A stretch of DNA of 64,000 nt. Origin: Lama glama (Eukaryota). The first letter of the stretch is position 1. Each line of letters opens with the position of its first letter. The stretch is from assembly GCA_028534125.1 (NCBI GenBank), contig CM052817.1:17796001-17860000 (forward strand). Reading direction: 5' to 3'. Positions 40,335 to 52,762 of this stretch are shown here, in pieces. The notes below the pieces were generated by a model. The model searched no databases. It saw only the letters and a list, made by a program, of their open reading frames with translations, and was not told where the DNA came from. The position numbers were made by a program, and so were the translations under genes.

Positions 40335-42699
40335 TAAATTATACAACTCTAGAGAGAACCATCCTAGACACTCCAGAATATTTTCCATCTTCTGAGTGAA
40401 GATAATGGATCTTCATCTCTTAATAGATCTGATAGTTAATTCTAACTCAGGTGAGTTTCTAGACCTCATATGTTGGCTTCAGGAAGACAAGAGTGTGAAA
40501 TGATGACCTGAGGGTTAGATGCTCAAATCATAAACATCGTTGGGGTGGCTGATTCTGCAGGTCTCCACTACTCATTTGTCTCATTTGTAACGGAGTAAAT
40601 GACACACAGCACTTAAGAGGAAGCACAAATGAAGAGCCCTCAGCTGTGGTCCTGGCTTTCTTCACCTTAGAGCCCGGGTCTCTGCTATGATTGTCAAGCT
40701 TGGGGGGCCCCTTGGCCTGGGTCTTCCAGAATCATTGTGAGCTTAGTCTGCGGGCTTTTGGCTGCTCATTCAAGAAAATAGTGATATGGTGGATTTGCAT
40801 TTAATACTTAAAAGATTTTTAAATGTACACGTTCAATGTGATAGCTATTATTAGAGTAACAAGAGTTAAGTCAGAAGCCAAGCCTGGTTAACTTAGGGAA
40901 AGAGGATTTTGTAAGGAGAGCAGAAGCTCGCAGGATTGAGGGGAAGCCTGAATCATGCTTAGACACACAAGGAAGTTGGGTCCTGTAGGGTAGGGAGGGA
41001 CCCTTGGATCCTGGAAGTCGTCTGCTCAGGGGGCCGCTGCTCTGATGCACTCCCTCTTGTCATTAAGTCAGCTGCTCCAGATTCAGTTTTGCAGATGAGA
41101 GCAACTGGTCGCGTGAGCCTAGGTCACTTGCCTGGCCCTGTGCACTTAGAGGAAGGGTCATTTAAAAGGAACCTCAAGGGGCTCTTTGCTGTCCATAATG
41201 AGGCCTGGATTTAGAACCAATAGGAGAAGAGAGAATTTCCCTAAAGGGAAACTGAGGTAGCTAGGACAGGGGAATAGGTGCTGGGCAGCTGTTCCAGGTG
41301 GCTACAAATAATAACTTCTATAATAAAATGTGTTAAGAATCTATTCTGTGTGCTAAGGGCTTTACAAGAAATATTTCTTATATTCCTCAAATTCCTAAGT
41401 CAGTTTAACAGGCAGTTTTGTGAATGATGCTCAGATCATGAGCCAGTCATCAAAACCCCTCCCATCTCATCTAGCCTTCCAGACTTCCCTAGAAATGCCC
41501 CCTGGGATGGGCTCTCAGGGACTCACTACTACATGATTTTGTGTAAATTTAACAGGTTACTAGGGTCAGATGGGTAGGAATCTCCAACCACATCTGTAAC
41601 AGTGTCGTGCAATTCATGTCGTCCTGGTGGAGGGACCGTCCCTTAGTATTTGGTTAGATTCCTGGCCTCTGCCCTTGACTCAATATTAATAACTTTGCTG
41701 AATTAATTTAGCTCTGCTCCCACCAGGAACTGCAGAAACAGTAACAAAGTCCTGCTTCATGGGGCTCTCCCGGTGGAGAGAGACAGGCAAAAATCAATGA
41801 ATGCATACCTCATGTATGCTTACATATTAAAGGGCTCCTACTGAAAATGCCACCATCGAGAGCCCAGAGATGATGGAACCTGACCATCAAAAGTCCTCAG
41901 CAGCATCCAGGAGCATAAATGGGAGAATCACTGTGTCCCGGAGGTACTGAGTATGTTAACATTCAATATAAAAATCTGTAGTCTTTAACGAGTACTTGGC
42001 CAGTCGTTTCAGGGGACGCTGTGCACACATCACAGTCACGTGCAGCTGGCTGAGGCTCTTGGGCTTGTCCCTGTTGTCTTTCCTGGGGCCGTGAGCTAAC
42101 TGAGCAGGGTGAGGTGCTGTGACCTGCGGACAATCGAGAGCTGACTATAAGACAGTCTTTGTCAGGGGAAGCCCATCAGGAAGGAGGCTGTAACTGGGAT
42201 TCCCGTACTTACATGGAGTCTGCGAAGCTTCTGGACGGAGACCCTCCCCAGTGAAGAGCCAATCCTGTTGGAGGCCAGGAAGGAGCAGCAAGGCTGAGGA
42301 AGGGCAGGAGCCCTGCAGGGGCAACGTCCTGCCACCTCTGCTGGTTTGATTAAGGTGTGACCTCTCTCCCTGCCTCGAGATGCAGCCAGAAGAACGGAGA
42401 TGCCATTCATGAAACAGGGAAGGCAGAAGGTGGGGGGTGGTGGGAAAGGCAGGTGCGGGAGGCAAGAGTCAGGGTCACGGACGTTCACTCTAAGATACCT
42501 ATTAGACTTCAATTTAGAAAGCTGAGTAAGCAGTTAGAGGTCCAGACCTGGAGCTCAGGGTGGTGTGTGCTGCAGACACACGTTCGGGAGTCAGTCACAT
42601 ACAGATGAGATTTAAAGCCACAGCCTGATGAAATCACCAGGAAGGGTAGGTAGAAAAGAGGTCCAAGACCACCAAACCCCGGACCCCTGCAGTTTAAAG

Positions 42700-42855
42700 T
42701 CCTGCTTCTCAAACTTTTTTTGTGCTGGAATCGCCCAAGGAAGGGTGTCAAAATGTGAATCTGACTCTGGGTTGGTGGGCAGGGGTCTTGAGATCCTGCG
42801 TTTCTAACGATGCTGCATTGGTCCTGCAGGTCCAGAGACCCCACTTGGAGTAGCG
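42700..42855. mobile_element. MER5-family hAT MITE adjoining an L2 relic
   Basis: ctgcttctcaaacttt...tgagatcctgcgtttctaac...gcaggtccagagaccccacttggagtagc. Confidence 0.65.
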
Positions 42856-43035
42856 AGGGCCCTGAGGATGCCCGGGCAGAGATGGGAGTGACTGACAAAA
42901 AGAGTAACCTGCCTCTTCACTCCACTAAATGACTGTTCTTAACTAACATCACTGCTTTCCAAGTCACAATTAACTCATGATGGTTTTAGAATTAGCCTGT
43001 TTTTGAAGTACAGAGTCAAGATTTCTCTTTATGTT

Positions 43036-43480
43036 TGTCAACTGACATAACTGCGCAGCCTAAAAGTTGAGAGTTGTTTTACTCGGCGGAAGGACTCGAG
43101 CCAGGATGACAGCCTCTCAGATGACTCTGAGGCACTGCTCCCAAGAGGTAGGAGAGAAGCCAGGATATATAGGAGCTTTACAACAAAGAGCAGGTAGTTG
43201 GAACAATAAAAGGTTACTTGTTAACTAAAGAAAACCAGGCATCTCCAGTTAAAGAATTTAGCGCTTTTCTCTGTATGGGAGGAAGCAAACATTTGGACCC
43301 ATTGAATTCATTCCTTTGACAAGCCCCTAGCTACCTAGGGCCAGTATCCTGTCCTTTCTTGTTCTGAGTCCCCTCAGGGTGCACCATGGTGAGTGGCTGC
43401 AGAGGCTGGGCTGCAGGCTTGTCTTCCCTTGGGGTGGGGGTGGCGGCAGCCACTGATGACTTGATGACTTCAGCATTCTT
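43036..43480 (-). mobile_element. MER41-like ERV1 solo LTR, truncated at one end
   Basis: tgtcaactga...aagttgagagttgtttt...aagaaaaccaggcatctccagttaaagaatttagcgcttttct; homologous to 45012-45443. Confidence 0.75.
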
Positions 43481-43696
43481 CTACACCAAATCACAAACAG
43501 GCTCATCAGATTCTCCCTACAGGGCTGGTAACGCCGCCTGCCTAAAGACAGGCAATCCTTGTCGCGGCACAGAGGCCTGTGTCACATAACTGTACATCCT
43601 AAACTCCAGAGCCTTGTAGCACCCAAGACCAAACTGCTGTGCCCACAAGTCTGAGGAACGCTGACCAGCTCCTGAGTCGTAAAACTTTTTGGTTTG

Positions 43697-43899
43697 AACA
43701 AAACAAAACAAAACAAAAACCCTCATTTCTAACTGATTCCCTTACTCCCGAGTGCAGTTTGCAAATTCAGAGAGAATATAAAAGTTAAGCTGGGAAGAAA
43801 TTAGCCAGATTTCTCCATCTCTCCCGTAAAAGCGGGCCTTCTGTTAGGATTTTGAATTCCTGCAAAACAAAACAAAACAAAACAACAACAACAACAAAA
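43697..43899. repeat. Two (AAAAC)n tracts, the second continuing as (AAC)n
   Basis: Tracts at about 43697-43720 and 43864-43899. Confidence 0.85.
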
Positions 43900-45011
43900 G
43901 CAAGCATTTCAACCCACAGATGGCACAAGAGGGGCTTTTGAAATGGAGGGAACGAGTCCAGGAGGGAAGCGCGTGCTCAGCCGTGACCCGCTGAGTTAGT
44001 GCAGCCGGACAGCTGGGAGGGTCAAGGACAGAATTCAGCCCGGAGGCAGAGACTCAGTCTAGGTTCCTTGGTCCCCAGCGAGGCTCTCCCCCGTCCCCAC
44101 CCCACCCCCTGCAGGGGAGGAGGCGCCTTCCCTGGGGAACAGGTGAGGTCCCCAGCAAGCCTTTTTTCCAAACGACTTCACTGGCTCTTTCATGTCCGGG
44201 AGTTTGAAGGTGTCGCCGTCAGCGTGAGTGAGATAAGCTGGGATTCGAGGGTCACACAGGTGTGCAGGGTCTCACAGGGGTGGATGGCCTGGGAATAGAA
44301 GGGCCCGGCATCCGGATGTTCCCACACTGGGCAAGGACAAGCAGAAGCAAACAGTGAGAAAGAAAGGGCTCGAAAGCAAATGTTGACATTAAACAGAGGA
44401 GTCCTTTGAACCAACAGGAGGACATGTGTAGCCAAACACAAGCCAGGCTGGGCGGGGGACCCCGAGGGGCTTGGCGGTATCGACTGTTCATTTATTTTTG
44501 GAGATAACGAAGTTACAGGTTGATGATAAAATGGCAGCCCGGCTGCTGGTCTGGGTCATGGGTGGGCCGGCAGAGGCTCAGACAGCAGCAGGGTGGTGGA
44601 TCTGGCTTTCCAGGGACAGTGACAAGAAGAGAAAGCGCCACGTCTGAGGCTGGAGCCGCTGGAAGAAGCAGGTCCAGGGCAATGAGATTCCATCCCGCAC
44701 CCTGCTGGGCTCTTCCTCTCCGAAAGCCGTTTATATCAGTGCAGGGGCCTGGGGGCGGGACAGGCAGGATCTGAACTGGCCTGAAGCCCAGCAGACTGGG
44801 GGGCACAGACCCCGGGGCACGGCCGCCCAGAGGTGGACCGGGCGACAGCCCACTGCCTTGTTTCGAAGTGGCTCCTGTGTTCCCAAGTGTAGGAAATGAC
44901 CCCCTCATCCCACACCCAGGAGAAATGGCTCCATGGCTCTGGGCAAAGACCCGGGGAGGTTCAGAACGGTTGTATTTTTACTGTCCCCAAACTGGAAACC
45001 GCCTGAATGCC

Positions 45012-45443
45012 TGCGGACTGAAAACAATACGGGACGTGTAAGTTGAGAGTTATGTTTTATTCGGGGCATTTTCAGAGGACTTTAAGCCCAGGAGGCAGCC
45101 TGTCAGATCGCTCTAAGAGACTGAGGTAGAGGAGGATCCAGGATGTATAGGAGTCTTGCAGCAAAGACCAGGTAGTCAGAAAATCCAAAGATTAGTGTTA
45201 ATAAAAGAAAACCAGACGTCTCAAGTTAAGGAATTTAGCGCTTTTCTATGTAGGCGAGGATACAAGTCTGGGCTCATTAAAATCATTCCTTTGATCTGCA
45301 CCTTAGCTCTCTAGGGCCAGTCAGTGTCCTGTGTCTCTATTCTGCATCTCCTGGGGACACTGTCAGGGAGGCTGCAATGGGCTAGCTTGATGGCCTCAGC
45401 ATCCTTTGTTTGCTGATATGGCAGGAATGATTTTTCATTCACA
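45012..45443 (-). mobile_element. MER41-like ERV1 solo LTR with 4-bp TSD
   Basis: TG...CA ends, TSD TGCC at 45008-45011 and 45444-45447, minus-strand AATAAA at 45056-45061. Confidence 0.85.
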
Positions 45444-45489
45444 TGCCCATTGGCTGGCAAGAGAAGAGACAAACTGTGGTCCACCTGTG

Positions 45490-45871
45490 TGTCACAGGTT
45501 GAATGGTGTCCCCTAGAAGTCATGTCCATGTGCTAATCCTTGGACACTGCAAATGGGACCTTTTTTTTTGGAAAAGGGGCTTTGCAGATGTCATGAAGAC
45601 TTTTGAGATGAGATGATCCAGAATTATCAAGGTGGATCCCAAATCCAGAGTCCTTATAAACGACACACAGAGAAGGGGGCAGAGAAGGCCACGTGAGCAC
45701 GGAGACAGAGACTGCAGTGATGGAGCTACAAGCCAGGGAACCCCTGGCGCCACCAGAAGCTGGAGGAGATTGGGAAGCGAACCCCCAGAGAGCCTCTGGA
45801 GGGGGCACAGGCCTGGCCTCCAGAATTGTGGGAAGACCCATTTCTGTAAATAAACTTACGAGAAATAAACA
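45490..45871 (+). mobile_element. MLT1C/D-type MaLR LTR
   Basis: tgtcacaggttgaatggtgtcccc...ctttgcagatgt...gccaccagaagctggaggag...gcctccagaattgtgggaag. End approximate. Confidence 0.8.
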
Positions 45872-45879
45872 AGTTCCTG

Positions 45880-46250
45880 GTTGCACAGTGTAATGCTACT
45901 TAGCCACAAAAAGGAACAAAGCATTGATATGTGCAAACTTGGGTTGATGTCACGTGTGCCGTGCTGAGTGAAAGAAGCCAACACACCAAAGCTCCGTGCT
46001 CTGTGATTCCATCTCAGGACCTAGAAAAGGCAAGACTCTGGGTCAGACATCACACCAGTGGTGCCAGGGACCAGGGGGAGGGGAGAGGACTGAACGCAAA
46101 GAGGCTCCAGGGAACTTTTGGGGTGAAGGGAATATTCTATCTCTTGATTGTGGTCATGGGTCACAACTTTACGTGTTCGTCAAATCCGTAGAATCATGCA
46201 CATCAAAAGATGGAATTTTACTGGATGGAAGCGGTACCACAGTAAATCTA
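45880..46250 (+). mobile_element. L1M 3' UTR fragment, continuous with ~44970-45011 and 45444-45489 once the LTRs are removed
   Basis: cttagccacaaaaaggaacaaagcattgat...gctgagtgaaagaagcca...gaatattctatctcttgattgtggtcatgg. Confidence 0.75.
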
Positions 46251-46769
46251 AATTTTTTTTTTTTTTAGTGAAGAAATGCCAAAACAGGGTTCTCAGACTG
46301 GTATATTGAATAAATCCACACTCTTGTCACATCCAGGATAAAAACAATGATAGCACATGCCCTGTGTGGAGGTCATGTCCAAGGTCTAAATTTGTGGCCT
46401 GTGTGAAGGTGTTGACCTAATTTATTATGCAGTGTAACACTCAACAAGTTTCATTATATTTGGAAACAATTTGAAAGTTTGATTTTCTCACTTGGCTAGG
46501 ATTTGGGGATGGGCCTGATGGTTGCCAAGAAACTGTGATCATTCTCAAATTAAATATATTAATTTTACAAGTAGCTAGATAATTTGAAAGGCAGCTATTA
46601 AAATATTTTCAATTTTTTAAAAATTTCTGAAAAACTACAAAACCATGTTAAACATGGGATGTAGGTATTTCATATGAATGTAGCGCATGGCCTCCAAGAA
46701 CAAGGGCCCACGGGGTCTTACGATTGTCTTGGGTGGGAGGGGTGAGTAGAACACACATTTCTGAATCTA

Positions 46770-47580
46770 CCTACCCTGGTCACAGAGCTGCCTTGTTGAC
46801 TTGCATCCCAAACATTTCTTGGCCTGTCCATGCCGCCTCTTTCCAAGGCCATCGGTCTTGTCCAAACCTCCACCATCTCTTGTGTGGATTTCTCCAGTAA
46901 CCTCTTAATGGTTCTCCCCTTATCTGCTCTAGTTTGCCACACAACAGCCAGGGGGACTTTCTAAAACAGAAATTGATTCGCATCTCTTTTGCTTAAATCC
47001 ATTCCCCAGAACTAGATTTTCAATGTCCTCTAGTGAAAGACAAAATTCCCAACAAATCCTACAAAGTCCTGCAGGGTCAGACCCCTCCTGGTCTTGCCAG
47101 CGCCATCGCTCCTTCCTCCCCCACCTCTGCACCCCCCACCTGCCTCTGCCAGTCCCTCTTCACCACCTCTGCCCTGTCTCTGCCTTCTGCCTGAATGCCT
47201 GTCCCCTCAACCCACTTCACCTTGAATTCCCTCTCACTCTACTGAACTAGGCTTAGATAGCACTTCTGCTGGGAGCTGTTTGCTGTCACTCCCGCCTCCG
47301 CTGTCGGCCCTACCTGCCAACTGCCTCATTACATGCTCACTTAGCTCCTGGTCTTTCAGAGATGGGTGTGATTAGTTGGTTACTGCCTGATCCCCTGAGG
47401 TCTCAGCTTCACAAGAGAATGAGCAGGGGTCTGGTGGGAGGAGGGCGTCGGGGAGACATCTTGTTCCTCCTCTTTTTAATCCCCCAGCAACTGAAAGCGT
47501 GACTAGCACTTGGTTAGGCTCACATAAGTGTCAGTGAAAGGATGGACTAGGGAGGGAGGAAGTGAGTGAATGAATGAATG
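46770..47580 (+). mobile_element. L2 LINE 3' portion with TGAA tail
   Basis: ccaccatctcttgtgtggatttctccagtaacctcttaatgg...ccacacaacagccagggggactttctaaaac...tgaatgaatgaatg. Confidence 0.75.
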
Positions 47581-49039
47581 CTCTGGGCATTACTCGCACC
47601 CCTGGGTGGTCCAATTCAGACCTTACTTAGGGGAAAAGCACCACCCAGCAGAGCAGCTACTTCCAAGCTTGGGCAGTGCCCACCTGGGCCCAGCAGACAC
47701 CCTGGCCAGAGAGGGAGCCTGGCTCCAGACCATGGGCTGTCTCTGTCCCCAGCATCCCCAGCATCCAGGCACTCTGTCGGGCAGGTGTCTGCATAGATCT
47801 GCGAGTCTACAGCACGTGGGGCCCGGCAGCCCCTGTCTGCTGTTTGGCAAGTGGCATAGGTGTGGTCTCTGAAGAAAGATTTCCCAGAAGAGCAGAGACA
47901 AGAACTGGTATCAAGATCGCCCAGAAAAGTCATTTTGGGAATTTCTGCCCAGGGTGAAAATTCAAGGTGGATGAAAGAATAAGAACCCTACCTAAGGAGA
48001 GGGTGGAGAGGCTATTTCTTCCAATCATGATTATTTATTCATTTTCTCCTAAAAATAAAACTGTCAGCACCCACTAGGAACCTCCAGCCCAAGAGGATAC
48101 GGGGGGAGTAGAACGCAACTTCCCAGAAATTGAGTCACTTGCAGTCTGAGGACATCGAATGCACACGGTTGGGACCAGGGCACCGTTTATTCATTTGACA
48201 AACAGTGAACACCTGTCACGCGTCAGGGCCCTGCTTGGCACTGGGTATCAGCTGCAGTGCTGCCCACTAATTTGCCCCCTTTCTGGTGCTTTCTCAGCAG
48301 TTTTTACAGGTGCTGCGGTTAAGGGCACAGACTGCGCAGGCTGACTCCTGGTTCTGCTGTTCTTTGGCTGTGTGAGCTCGGGCAAGTTACTTGAGCTCTC
48401 TAAGCTTCTTCTGTGCGGTGGGGACCGTGGATACTACCTAGCCACAGCACTGTTACCAGGACTGCACCAGCACTTGTAAAGGGCTGAGAATGGAGCCCAG
48501 CAGAAGCTGGCTGTCTGCAAATGCCTGTCATTATTATTGCTATTATTTCCAGCTCCCTGTCTCTGATGGTACAGAACTTTCGTATTTCCTCCCCAGTGGC
48601 CCTTCCCTCTTCTTCCCAATATAAGATGCTCATCCTAGAGGTCAGTGTGCAGCGGTGTAGACCCTCTGACTCCACAGAGGACCCAGGTCGTTAGGACACA
48701 CAGGTCTAAAGTGGGGAGGAATTTAAAATGACACACTCGGTGTGACTGTCCCCGGAACAGAGGGAACACACGCCCGAACACACTTCCCTGGGGAGCCCAC
48801 AGGCACACTCTAGGTACTCCTTTCCCTTTCCTGTCAGCTGGTACGCCCTCTTCTGGAAGAATCTCTTCTACAATTCTCCCCAAGAGGAAGGAAAACACCC
48901 TTTCTCCCCAAAGACTGGTTTGGTCCTGGGATCCACCTTCCAACCCTCCACATGCCCCGGCCTACAGCTCTTCCAGGTGACACGTGGTACTTTTTCCTTC
49001 TCATGTCAATTCAGATTCTTCGAGGGCCAGAGACCCGTG

Positions 49040-49200
49040 TTCCTGGCCTAGTTCTGCCATCTGCCACCTGGATGACCTTGGGCAAGTTACTTAACCTCTC
49101 TGAGCTTTAGTGTCTCTATCTGTAAAGCAAGGATAATAATAGCACTGACTACTCAGGGTCTTTGGGGAGATTCTTTGAGGCTCTGTATGTGACGTGCATT
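49040..49200 (+). mobile_element. MIR SINE
   Basis: Core gaccttgggcaagttacttaacctctctgagc...tctgtaaagcaaggataataatagcac. Confidence 0.85.
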
Positions 49201-49698
49201 GTTTTGCAGTTCCTTGAACGTGCAGAGAGGTTCCCACCCCTGAAACCTTCTGTTCCTCCTGCCTGGATTGAGCTTCCCACACCTTCACCTGGCTGTCTCC
49301 CCTCTTTGTGCAGGTGTCTGCTCTTCCAGAAAAAAGACGGCCATCCTACTGAGCCAGGCTGGCCCGGACTGCCCTCTTCACTGCGCTCCCTGTTCTCTTT
49401 TCCACCAGCGCCCAGCGCCCCTGCGTTTCTGAGCTTGCGTTGTGTGGTCCCCTCATCCGCCGCTGGTGGGCAAGGTCCAGGAGAAGGGAAGCAGCGTCTG
49501 CCTTGTCACTGTGTCCCCAGAGCCTAGAACAGTGTCTGTAAAGGCTCCATAAATGTTTATTGGATGAATTTGTAGAACGGATGGGCTCTGTGGGGGTTGC
49601 CCAGTGGGTCACTGGGCAGGGCTAGGGGCGGAGAGGTGAGGGGAGCTTTGGTGATCCCTGCCAGTGAGAAGTTGTCCAAGAGGCAACTCTTAAATCAA

Positions 49699-49755
49699 AC
49701 ACACACTCACACGCACGCACACACACACACACATACACGCACAAGCACATGCACA
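49699..49755. repeat. Imperfect (CA)n microsatellite
   Basis: acacacactcacacgcacgcacacacacacacacatacacgcac. Confidence 0.9.
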
Positions 49756-50642
49756 GGCATTCTGTTCCCAAGGACAAACATTAAAACATTAATTCTCAGA
49801 GATGCTTAATCTGTTTTCAAGAAAGGGGACCATTTCCTGGACTACAATGTAGTCTGTCTGCCCGTTTCTGGCCAGAGGGAGCTTTTTGTGGTTCTGTGGG
49901 GCAGTGGCGGTTCTGATCAGTCTAAAGACTCACCAGCCAGACTTTGGGTCCCTGAGTATAAACATCCAGGCCTATTCCAGAACCGTCAGCTTCTCAGCCA
50001 TTCCTGAGCCACACTGAGTTTCAAAAACACCTTTGAAGTTAGAGCTGTGTGTGTGCCTGTGTGTTTTCTTTCTGGGGGAGTTTTACGTGGGCCAGACTTC
50101 CCTCTGATCTGCAGTGGGGAGGAGGGTGAGATCTACTGTTCTTCAGGGCTTGCAGGTCAGATATTTAAAAAGTATATCAAACACACACACACATTTTTTT
50201 TTGATAGGGAGCGGGGAAGATGGACTTCCTAGCATGTTGTACTGAATGGGCCGCTGCACCTGCCAGAGTTTTCTGAATGTTTACATTCTGGGCCTGCAGA
50301 TCTTTAGGAGACATTCTTCGACTTTCAGACTCAATTTGCTTTTTCTCAAACTCACAGACTATGAAGGAGTCACCATAAAACCCAGTAGGACCAACACCTC
50401 CAGCAACTGAGGCTGTAACGTTATCTACTGTTTAGAAAATTCATTGTGCTCTAATTTATAATCTAAGCTTTAAAAACACTTAATCCAAAAAAATTTATAT
50501 TTATTCTTTTGAAATGGAATAACACTACCAAGTCTTTATAATAGATCATGTTTCCATAATTTTCTGCAAATATTTTAAGTTTTACATGTTACATGACTTA
50601 CTTAAAATTTAAATATACACAGGTAAATATAATGTTAAGTGT

Positions 50643-50661
50643 TGGCCAGTAGATGGCAGCA
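50643..50661 (+). promoter_or_regulatory. Predicted CTCF binding site
   Basis: TGGCCAGTAGATGGCAGCA closely matches the 19-bp CTCF core consensus. Confidence 0.65.
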
Positions 50662-51724
50662 AATTTGAACTTGGCCTGGGAAATAGACTTTCTCTCTAAC
50701 CTGCTAGAACAGAGTATGAATGCCAGCCCTTGCACAGTAAAGATTTAAAGGCAAACAATGTGTAAGCCCAATATGTTCTCCAATCCTTGTTTTGATGAGC
50801 ATCTTTGTAAAGTCCATTTACATCTCTATGCTTTTTTGGCATTTATTTATCAAGAAGTATAAATCAAAACCCCACTTTGTGCCGGGCGGGGCCATCATGG
50901 CAGACAGGATCACCACCATTTTGAAGTTATGTCTTTGCGCCATCACTTGGGTTATCATCCCGGCACAGAGGGTCTCTAAACAATGTTTAAAGCAGGTGTA
51001 CTGAGGCACAAAGCATGGAGTTACAGAGTGGTGTGGAAGGCATTCTTATTTTGGCTCCTTGGAAACTCCAAATGAGTACAATTGCCGAGAATGAATAGAA
51101 GGTTCCATGCCTCACTAAAGTGTGCTCCACACCAGCTAAGAAAATTTAGTTTCTGGAAGGTTTGATCATATCTTAGAAATGAAAGAAAACAAAATTTTGT
51201 GACACCCTGAGATCAGAGTTGATTAATGAGCCATGAGCCTAGACAGGCCTGGAGAATGTTTGATGGGTTAGTAAGAATTTGTCCTCTCCTGTGCCTCTGT
51301 CTTTAGGGTTTGTTGATGTGGTTGATGATTCAGAAATGAGGCTGCCTTCCACAGTCCGTCAGAATCCAGTTCTGTTTCCTGCGGTACAGCCAGTGAGCCG
51401 GGAGGATTACAAAGGAGAGAAGGCACCTCTCACAGGGAGCAGGGAGCTGTGACACCAGTCAGCGAGCCAGTCAGGCTCTGGCTCCTGTTTTGTGTGATGC
51501 TCCTGGACCCTCCACAGCCCAGCTGATTGGTCCAGAGTGGACATTTAATGCAGTGGCTGTCAATATATCAGGAGCCCAGCTCGGAGTGGATGGTGTCTGA
51601 GACATGGCAGCCAGGAAATGGGTTAGCAGCAATGTGGAGGCCCAGGCAGCAAGCACCAGCGGTCATGAGCTGGGGTCCATGCGCTTGGAGCAGTATAAAG
51701 TAGATGGAACCTTGGATTTGAGCA

Positions 51725-51930
51725 GGCTCAACCTACCCTGACTTTCTCTTTGATGATAAGAATCACCTGGGATGGAGAGGGGTGCTTATTAAGTACACAG
51801 ATAACCAGTCTTCTCATCCAGAAATTCTAATTCAGTAGGTTTGGGGTGGGACCTGGGCTTATGTATTTCCAGCAAGCTCCGCTGGGATTCTGATGGGCTA
51901 GTCCTTGGCCCACAGTCCAAGGAACAAGGG
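51725..51930. mobile_element. MER5-family hAT MITE
   Basis: agaatcacctggg...aattctaattcagtaggtttggggtgggacctggg...gattctgatg. Confidence 0.7.
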
Positions 51931-52589
51931 CTTAGAGTCCCTTTCAACTCTAGATTCCATGATAGGTTCATGTCACAGGAACAATCCTGGTTTTGCATGT
52001 AGTGGGGAAAGAAAGTTGGACACCAACATTTCTGTAGGACCTCTCCTATGGTGACCTTGCTCTTGACTGTTTACAAAAGGTCTTTCATTTAACCCTCTCA
52101 GTACCCAACCTTGTGATTCTCTTTTTATCCCCATTGTACAGAAAATGAAAACGAAGATCAGAGAAGGTTGAACAGTTAACAGGTGAAGGCTTTAGGATTC
52201 AAACCAACATCAGGTGGGTCTCATGCTTATTAATTAATTAGTTAACATGTTCATTGATCCAAAAAAGAATTATTCAATATATCTATGAATTAAGCATGGG
52301 GTCAGGCATTTGGACATAAGATGAGCAAAGCTGTGACGGACAAGCCCTCATAGGCTTCAGTGGGAAACGTGGCTTTTGAACAAGGAGTAACACTGCAGAG
52401 TGAAAACAGATTTCAGAGCTGCCACTCTGGTTCTAGAGGACTGCACTGGTCCCCTCGTCCACCTGGGAGGACTCTCTTCCCCAGATCTTGACACAGCCGG
52501 CCCCTTCCTATAACGCAGACTTCGGCTCCAATGTCCCCTGTGCACATAGCGGGTGAGAGTGAGGACTGGGGCGCCAACCCTTGGGCCTG

Positions 52590-52762
52590 CGTCCAGCCCC
52601 ACTACTTACTGGCTGTGTGATGTAGAGCAAGTTACTTCACTTCTGTGTGTGCTGGTTTCCTCACCTGTAAAAAGGTAGTAATAATGCCTACTCCACAGGG
52701 TTGCTGTGAAAATTAAATGAGCTAATACACACAAAGTACTTCGAACAGTGTCCATCACAGGG
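52590..52762 (+). mobile_element. MIR SINE
   Basis: actacttactggctgtgtga...gcaagttacttcacttct...tttcctcacctgtaaaa...cagggttgctgtgaaaattaaatgag. Confidence 0.85.

Noticed and set aside
43036..45443. A single provirus bounded by two LTRs
   Set aside because: The LTRs are too divergent, the second has its own TSD, and I saw no PBS or gag/pol/env similarity between them.
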